From the NCBI GenBank assembly GCA_054661495.1, contig BAAFSQ010000408.1, positions 1 through 7,324 on the forward strand: a stretch of 7,324 nt of DNA, read 5' to 3'. Position 1 is the stretch's first letter, and the number at the start of each line of letters is the position of its first letter. The position numbers and the translations under genes were made by a program. This document shows, one piece after another, positions 1 through 6,054 of this stretch. The stretch is from Zygophlyctis sp. KS116 (lineage: Eukaryota > Fungi > Chytridiomycota). The notes beneath the pieces were generated by a model. The model saw only the letters and a program-made list of their open reading frames with translations, made no database searches and was not told the DNA's origin.

Positions 1-68
1 TTCACACTCCTTCGGGAGGGGTGACTGGGTAATTTTTAGTTGAGGGAGTCTTGTTCGCAAGGCTCCCG
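1..68 (+). ncRNA. U1: 3' half of a Sm-class spliceosomal snRNA, most likely U1 (5' part lies upstream of the window)
   Basis: Hairpin TCAC-a-CTCC[TTCG]GGAG-gg-GTGA (2-24), then CTGGGT (25-30, helix-H-like), Sm-like site AATTTTTAG (31-39), and a 10-bp terminal hairpin GGGAGTCTTG[TTCG]CAAGGCTCCC (44-67, one G-U pair). The order SL3 - GACUG - Sm site - spacer - SL4 with a G(UUCG)C loop matches U1 architecture. U4 is a less likely alternative. Confidence 0.75.
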
Positions 69-247
69 TATAATCATAAACAAATTTTACCCTACACCTG
101 AACCTGATTAGTCGAATTCAGTCTTTGGCTGTAGTATGTTGCATGCATTAATATATATAATTGAATAATTATTTCTACTGTATGATTGACTTTTGAGTGA
201 ATTGAGAATGGCGAGGAAGTTAAGGTGTAACGTAGTTTTTGACGGTT

Positions 248-2067
248 ATGAGCAGCGGATACAAATCTTACACTGAAGAGGATCAGGAAGACAGTGCGGC
301 ATTTACTCCATATCAGTCACTTGTGTTCATGTTAGACTGCTCTCCCAAGATGCATGTTAAGGAAAATGGCCAATCTTTCTTTGAATCTTGTTTAAATGCA
401 GTTATCGAGACTATTCAAAATAAGATTAATTTGAGAAGTAAAGATCAACTCAGTGTTTTGTTTTATGGAACTAAACAATCAAAGAGTTTGAATGGTGCAA
501 TCAGCAGTCATAAGTCTATTTACGTTGCCGTAGATATGAATTATCCGGATCTGGATGATATAATGAAATTGGCTAAATTTAGGAGTAAATATATATTGGC
601 TAATAATAGATTGGGAATATTTTGATCAGGAAGTCGGAAGCTCTGATGAAATTCAGTTGGGAAATGTGTTTTGGGCAACTTCTCAGTTATTCTCTGGCAA
701 GAAACAGTCTCAAAGAGAGAAAAAAGTGTTTATGTTGACTAATAATAGCGATCCTACGCCAAATGATGAAGATGGAATGTCGTTAGCTTCTACACGTTAC
801 AAGGATTTGATTGAAAATGATATATCATTTTTCTTGCTTCCACTCTCAGACTCCTTTGACATTCAAGGATTTTATAAAAATTATATACGTGAAGAGATAT
901 CAGAAGATGAAATCAAGATTTATAATGGAACTGATAATCTTAAAAATGCTATATCTACTTTTGATAATCGTGCTCGAATTGTTTTCAAAGGTCCTCTTAT
1001 TCTTGGAGAGGGACTGGTTTGTGGAATCAAGGGCTGTTATAGAATTATAGAATCTAAAAAACCATCTCCGTGCTATTTAGAGGAAAAAACAAATCAGGAA
1101 ATAGAGACATTAACAACATACTGTAGTGGTGAAACAGGTGGTGTACTAAAAAAAGAAGAAATAAGTTTTGCATTTGATTATGGAGGTGTAAAAGCAGTTT
1201 TTAGTAAAGAGGAAATTGGAAAAATGAAAAACTTTGGTGAACCAAGACTAGTACTCTATGGATTTTATCCAAAGTCATGGTTAAAACTCAAGTATAATCT
1301 AAAACATTCAGTTTTTCTTTTTCCAGATGAAGAAGAATATATGGGCTCAAGCTGTTTAATATCTAATCTAATCGATGTTATGATTGAAAAGAATGTAATG
1401 GCAATTGCGCTTTTAGTAGCTTCACCAAGATCTACACCAAGATTTTTAGCTCTTTTACCAAGTCAACCAAATTCACAAGAACAACAAGATTCAGTTAGTG
1501 TAGGATTTAATGGAATATTTCTTCCTTATAAAGAAGATGTACGAGTAATTGATTCAGAAATTGCCCCATTGGGAAAACCAGCTGCAGAAAATCTCACTTG
1601 TTCTATAAAATCAATCATTGAATCTCTAACTATACCCAACTTTTCTAGCAAACCATTTCCAAATCCTGAACTTTCTCTATTTTACGCTGGCCTTGTCTCA
1701 ATGGCGCAAGAACTTGATGAAATGGAACAAGTACAAGACCAAACACGCCCAAACTTTGATTGGATTAATAAAGAAGCTGGAAGTCACATCAAAAATTGTA
1801 ATCAGGTACTTGACTAATTTTTAAAATCTTTAGATTCTTGAATCTATGGGTTTAAACCACCCTCGGCCTGATATGTCTGATGAAAGGCCAACTAAAAAAT
1901 TGAAGAAAATATTAGAGTTGACTGATCTTGAATCTGGAAAATTGGAAAAATTCACAGTGGATCAACTCACAGAGGCAGGAACTCGTATTTTAGGAATTAA
2001 GAAGCTTCCTAAAATTAAGAAGCAGCTGATTAATGCAATTGAGGAAAAACTGGAATCCAAGAAATAA
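248..2067 (+). CDS. KU70: Ku70 DNA-end-binding NHEJ/telomere subunit; join(248..584,610..1805,1834..2067), 588 aa
   Basis: vWA N-terminus (SLVFMLDCSPKM, LFYGT, KKVFMLTNNSDP), Ku beta-barrel core (YGGVKAVFSKEE, FGEPRLVLYGF, FLFPDEEEYMGS, IFLPYKEDVR, FPNPEL) and C-terminal SAP domain (GKLEKFTVDQL...KKQLINAI). Two short GT-AG introns restore one continuous frame. Confidence 0.96.
585..609 (+). other. KU70 intron 1 (25 nt)
   Basis: gtaaatatatattggctaataatag; CTAAT branch-like motif; removal gives ...KFRNWEYFDQEVGSSDEIQLGNVFW... Confidence 0.9.
1806..1833 (+). other. KU70 intron 2 (28 nt)
   Basis: gtacttgactaatttttaaaatctttag; phase 0; joins the core to the linker/SAP exon (...CNQ/ILESMG...). 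Confidence 0.9.
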
Positions 2068-2112
2068 TGCATTTACTGCAAGAATTCTTGAGTAAAATTT
2101 TAAAACTTTAAA

Positions 2113-3720
2113 ATGAAGCGATTGAGTGCAGAGTCTGAGCAACCGGCCAAGAAACCAAAGAGTTCAAATGCAGCTGATGATATCAAAAGTTCTATTTTGG
2201 CTCTTCCAAGTCCTGCCGAAATACAAAAACGGCTAGAAGCAGCAAAAGCACAGTCGCAGAATGCATTGCCCATGAAATCTGATCAGGTAAGTCCGAAAGA
2301 TTAATTACAGAAGCAAGTGGATGTAACGTCTGCATTGGATCCTGAAAAGCAAGGAAGGGGAGGAATAAATGTTGGAATTCATCCTCTGTTAATGCAAAAA
2401 CCAGGAACTAAACTCAATTTGGGTTCATCGCTTCCTGGAATGGTCAAGAGAAATACTTTTTTAACTTCAAAAGCTAATCAGAAGCGACTAGATCACGAAT
2501 TCAGAATTGCTCTTAATGCAGCAAAAAAACCAAAATTAAAGATTGAAAAACCACCTGCAGATTTCTCTAATCCTTACAAAAATCCTTACTTTGATCCTAA
2601 ATTAAATACTTCAGCTTCAGCAGCTCCAAAGGAAAAATATAGTAGATCAATTAAATTCGCACCGCAAGGAAAGTTTATAGAAGAAGCGAATCAAATTAGA
2701 GCAAATGAACATTTAGAGAAATTAAAAGAAAAGATTGCTGCTAATGTAAGAAAAACTGGTATGGAAGCAGATTTGGATTTAGTTGCTGATGATTCTTTAA
2801 GAAAAGATCCACCTCCAAATGCGGAATGGTGGGATTTATCTTTACTAAAGGATGGGAGTTATGATTTACCACTTGATCATGAAATACTATCTCCAGAAGG
2901 GGAACCTATTATTAGTAATTTAATTCAACATCCAATACCAATTCTCCCTCCAGATAGTGATAATGTTCCACCAATGATTGTAATGTTGACAAAAAAGGTA
3001 TAAGTTTCTTAGTAAATTTTTAGGAACGAAAGAAGATGCGTCGACAGAGAAGACTAGAGGCTCTTAAAGAAAAACAAGACAAGATTAATCTGGGAATTTT
3101 ACCGCCAGATGCTCCAAAAGTTAAAATTGCAAATTTAATGAATGTACTCGGAAATGAAGCGATTCAAGATCCCACTAAAGTTGAAACAATGGTTAGAAAA
3201 CAAATGGCTGAAAGACAAGATCAGCATGATATGCATAATTCTTTGGGTAAATTGACTGAAGAACAGCGTAAAGAAAAAAAGGCTCAGAAACTAGCAGAGG
3301 ACACTTCAAATGGAGTTAAAGTTGCCGTATTTAGGTAATGATTTCAAATTTACCATTAGAGTAAAAATATTAAACCACCCTCATTTCCGTTTCAAGGTAG
3401 ATCGCAATGCAAAGCAGTTGAATTTAAGCGGTACTGCAATTTTATTTCCTACATTCAATATGGTTATCGTAGAAGGTGGTCCAAAAGGCATAAAGTTTTT
3501 TAAAAATCTCATGCAAAATCGAATCGAGTGGACAAAGTTTGATGAAACAAAAAACAATGAATGTGTTCTAGTATGGGAGGGTGATTTAAGAAAGTCGAAT
3601 TTCAAGGGATTTAGATTTAAACCCATACCTACGGAAATGATGGCGAAAGAGTTCTTGGAAAATCACGAAGTAGTTCACTATTGGAATGCAGCCAAAAATT
3701 ACGTGGCCGAAGGTTTGTAA
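2113..3720 (+). CDS. PRP3: U4/U6 snRNP protein Prp3; join(2113..2286,2311..2997,3024..3334,3360..3720), 510 aa
   Basis: Hallmark motifs [38 protein letters not shown]...[29 protein letters not shown]; C-terminal ferredoxin-like domain ([38 protein letters not shown]). Confidence 0.97.
2287..2310 (+). other. PRP3 intron 1 (24 nt)
   Basis: gtaagtccgaaagattaattacag; consensus donor CAG/GTAAGT; length is 3n with an in-frame TAA (2302-2304). Confidence 0.9.
2998..3023 (+). other. PRP3 intron 2 (26 nt)
   Basis: gtataagtttcttagtaaatttttag; removal rebuilds the conserved LTKK/ERKK motif. Confidence 0.95.
3335..3359 (+). other. PRP3 intron 3 (25 nt)
   Basis: gtaatgatttcaaatttaccattag; removal gives [15 protein letters not shown]. 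Confidence 0.93.
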
Positions 3721-3741
3721 ATGTAAACGTATAATATCCGA

Positions 3742-3747
3742 TTTATT
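3742..3747 (-). terminator. Candidate poly(A) signal AATAAA for the oxidase gene
   Basis: TTTATT on + strand, 11 nt past the oxidase stop codon, in the 38-bp convergent spacer. Confidence 0.45.
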
Positions 3748-3758
3748 CAGTCAGTCTC

Positions 3759-5511
3759 TCAAGCTACCCAGCCTTCAAAACCGGCTGGGTCACCACCAAC
3801 TCGAACCCAAGTAGCAACTGAAGGTATTCCAGAATCAACAACAAATAACATATACCATCCTGGAGGCAACTAAAATAATAAATTTTCAGGTTTCTTACAA
3901 CTTCTGGTCTAGGAGGAGCAATCACGTTTATCACATACTGATTTCCAGCTTGAGCGGTAATAGTATTTATCACCAATTCCACCATTCTTTGACCTTGGTG
4001 CGTTGAATGGGTTACAAAGCCATTCGTATGAAGCACAACTTTGACAGCTTGACCGATTCCAGATGGAATTGTAGACACAATATTTACAATCGTGTTATAC
4101 TCCCAGTTGGCGTTAAAAAGCGAAAATACTGGTCTTGGCTGTGCTCCGGTAAGATAAGGCGGCGAAAACATTTCCAATCGTTGTTCATTTGGATATTGAA
4201 CTCCAACAGCATTTGCATCAGCATTTGGAGTTGATCCCGAAATGAGAACTCTCCCATCTTCCAGCAGCAAACATTCCGAATGATACATACGGGCAATATT
4301 TGAAGTTGCAGCGATCATAAATCGTTGACCGACTGGAAGATCTGGATAGTACAAAACACTGGTAAAAATAGGCTGATCTGAATTATCGAATCCACCCCAT
4401 CCCACAGCAACACCATTGATAATCAACACAGACCCATCTACAATTCAAATCACGATGATATACCTGGTAAAAGTACCATATCGGGCATGAGCCTTGGAGA
4501 AGGCATAGTTTCTACAATCCATGCAGGATTTTGAGTCAAAGGACTTATTCTTCCGCAATCATTTAAAGCTGGAGCGTTTTTTTCTGGTGCAGTTCCTCCT
4601 TAGAAATCAACTCTATTATAAAACCTACCTCCACAAACCAGAACTTCTGCCAAATAATTTGCAGAAGGTTTTAATGGCAGCAATACAGAACCACCAGCAA
4701 AAGGATACGTTCGCTTCCCTTGAATAAGAGGTAGTTCCAGTACTGGCGTAAAATTTTCAGGATCAAGCAATTGCGATCTTTCACCTGCCAGAATATATAT
4801 CAGACCATTTGGTAAAAGATGAGCAATAGGATAAAGATTGTAAGTGTCTGTCTCTACCAATAGTTGTAATTGAATTAAACCTTCACCAGGATAAGGAGGT
4901 AAAAACTCAACATTTGGCTGATTTAGAGCAGGAGGAGCTGGTGGAGGCATTCCTGTAGCGGCAGTAGTTCCTATAAATCTTTTAAAAAATTGAAATTACC
5001 ACCAATAACAGCTACTCTACCATTAGCCAATGGCAACGCAGAAGGATACCACCGTGGCACTTTGATTGCAGCTATTGCAGCATTCTCATACCAATCACAA
5101 TTTCCAAAAATCCCAGGAGCTCCACAAGGAGTAAAAACCTATTTATAAAGAAAAATATTGTACCCGAACTGCTTCCAATGCAGGCCCATCCCAACCACCG
5201 ACATTAAAAACACGCCCTTTTGAGTCTGGCGAAATAAAACCTGCAGAACAAAAAGTGTCTGTTACCAAATTCAAGACTCTAGATTCTCCAGTAAAAGGAT
5301 CAAATTCTTGAGCATGAGTGGTTCCTGCCTGACCACCATTGATCCGTTCTAGGAATAACACCTTTCCAGCTCTAGGCGATTGTACAATATGAATGGGCGC
5401 AACTAGACCTACGGCTACCTGCTGAATAATAGGAGCATTCAATTGACGCTTATGTACTGATGAATTTGAGCACAATCCTCCTCCAAGAAATATTGCAGAG
5501 ATGAATAACAT
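3759..5511 (-). CDS. Secreted copper-radical oxidase (CAZy AA5, glyoxal/galactose oxidase-like); complement(join(3759..3869,3899..4437,4464..4598,4629..4970,5000..5138,5164..5511)), about 537 aa
   Basis: All five catalytic residues are present after splicing: Cys in DTFCSAG, Tyr in RWYPS (exon absent from the ORF track), Tyr-His in RMYHS, His in GFVTHS. Kelch-like GG/LPDG repeats; C-terminal Ig-like domain ending PPGWYMLFVVDSGIPSVATWVRV; N-terminal hydrophobic signal followed by a KR site. Confidence 0.94.
3870..3898 (-). other. Oxidase intron 5 (29 nt)
   Basis: gtaagaaacctgaaaatttattattttag; removal gives PPRPEV/LPPGWYML. Confidence 0.93.
4438..4463 (-). other. Oxidase intron 4 (26 nt)
   Basis: gtatatcatcgtgatttgaattgtag; removal gives MVLLPDGSVLIING. 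Confidence 0.94.
4599..4628 (-). other. Oxidase intron 3 (30 nt, AAG acceptor; 33 nt if the adjacent GAG is used)
   Basis: gtaggttttataatagagttgatttctaag; removes an in-frame TAA and gives VLVCGG(G)TAPEKNAPALNDCGRI. Confidence 0.8.
4971..4999 (-). other. Oxidase intron 2 (29 nt)
   Basis: gtaatttcaattttttaaaagatttatag; removal gives RVAVIGGTTAATGMPP. Confidence 0.9.
5139..5163 (-). other. Oxidase intron 1 (25 nt)
   Basis: gtacaatatttttctttataaatag; removal gives LEAVR/VFTPCGAPG...CDWYE...RWYPS. Confidence 0.92.
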
Positions 5512-5628
5512 TTTTTTGAATGGTTTGACGCCATCAAACTAAGTATCTCTGGGAATCTTTTTGACAGAATGAATCGACTGACACCCCTACTACTGATCAT
5601 TATCCTAAAACTTGGGTTTTCTGCGCAA
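5512..5628. promoter_or_regulatory. 117-bp divergent promoter region shared by the oxidase and LSM4
   Basis: Head-to-head start codons at 5511 (-) and 5629 (+); inferred from geometry only. Confidence 0.6.
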
Positions 5629-5956
5629 ATGCTTCCGTTATCACTTTTAAATGCAACCCAAGGACATCCAATGCTAATAGAGCTCAAGAATGGTATAATA
5701 AAAGAAAACCTAAAAAATAGGAGAAACTTATAATGGTCATTTGGTCAATTGCGATGGATTTATGAATATAAATTTAAAGGAAGTGATCTGTACTTCACCA
5801 GACGGAACTAGTTTTTGGAGACTGCCTGAAGTGCATTTAAGAGGAAATTCAATTAAATACCTTAGGATTCCAGATGATGTCTTGGATGTTGTAAAGGAAG
5901 ATCGACCATACAAAAAGGGAGGGAAGGGACCTGGAGGAAACAGAAAAAAGAAATAA
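5629..5956 (+). CDS. LSM4: U6 snRNA-associated Sm-like protein Lsm4; join(5629..5692,5721..5956), 99 aa
   Basis: [81 protein letters not shown] matches the Lsm4 consensus (Sm1 and Sm2 motifs). AATAAA (5952-5957) overlaps the stop codon. Confidence 0.97.
5693..5720 (+). other. LSM4 intron (28 nt)
   Basis: gtataataaaagaaaacctaaaaaatag; removal rebuilds ELKNGETYNG. Confidence 0.95.
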
Positions 5957-6054
5957 ATCTTTATTTTAACCATCTTTCGCCATCAACTTTTAATATTGGC
6001 AATTACTCATAATTAGACTTGCAAGCTAAAAATAAGTGCGAGTGGCGTCTCAGA

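Noticed and set aside
1-68. Hairpins as a bacterial rho-independent terminator, tRNA or CRISPR repeat
   Set aside because: The context is eukaryotic, there is no cloverleaf or repeat-spacer array, and the U-tract lies between the hairpins as a Sm site would.
70-207. AT-rich palindromic stretch (TGCATGCA, ATATATAT) as a snoRNA or MITE
   Set aside because: No correctly ordered C/D or H/ACA boxes, terminal inverted repeats or target-site duplication; compatible with ordinary promoter/spacer DNA.
239-5956. Split ORFs read as pseudogenes, frameshifts or an alternative genetic code
   Set aside because: Every break in KU70, PRP3, the oxidase and LSM4 is repaired exactly by a GT-AG intron; standard stop codons end each protein at the expected position.
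6019-6054. TTG start for the last ORF (likewise the TTG/GTG starts at 239, 657, 2317, 4429 and 5741)
   Set aside because: Artefacts of a prokaryotic-style ORF caller; the first ATG or an upstream exon explains each one.
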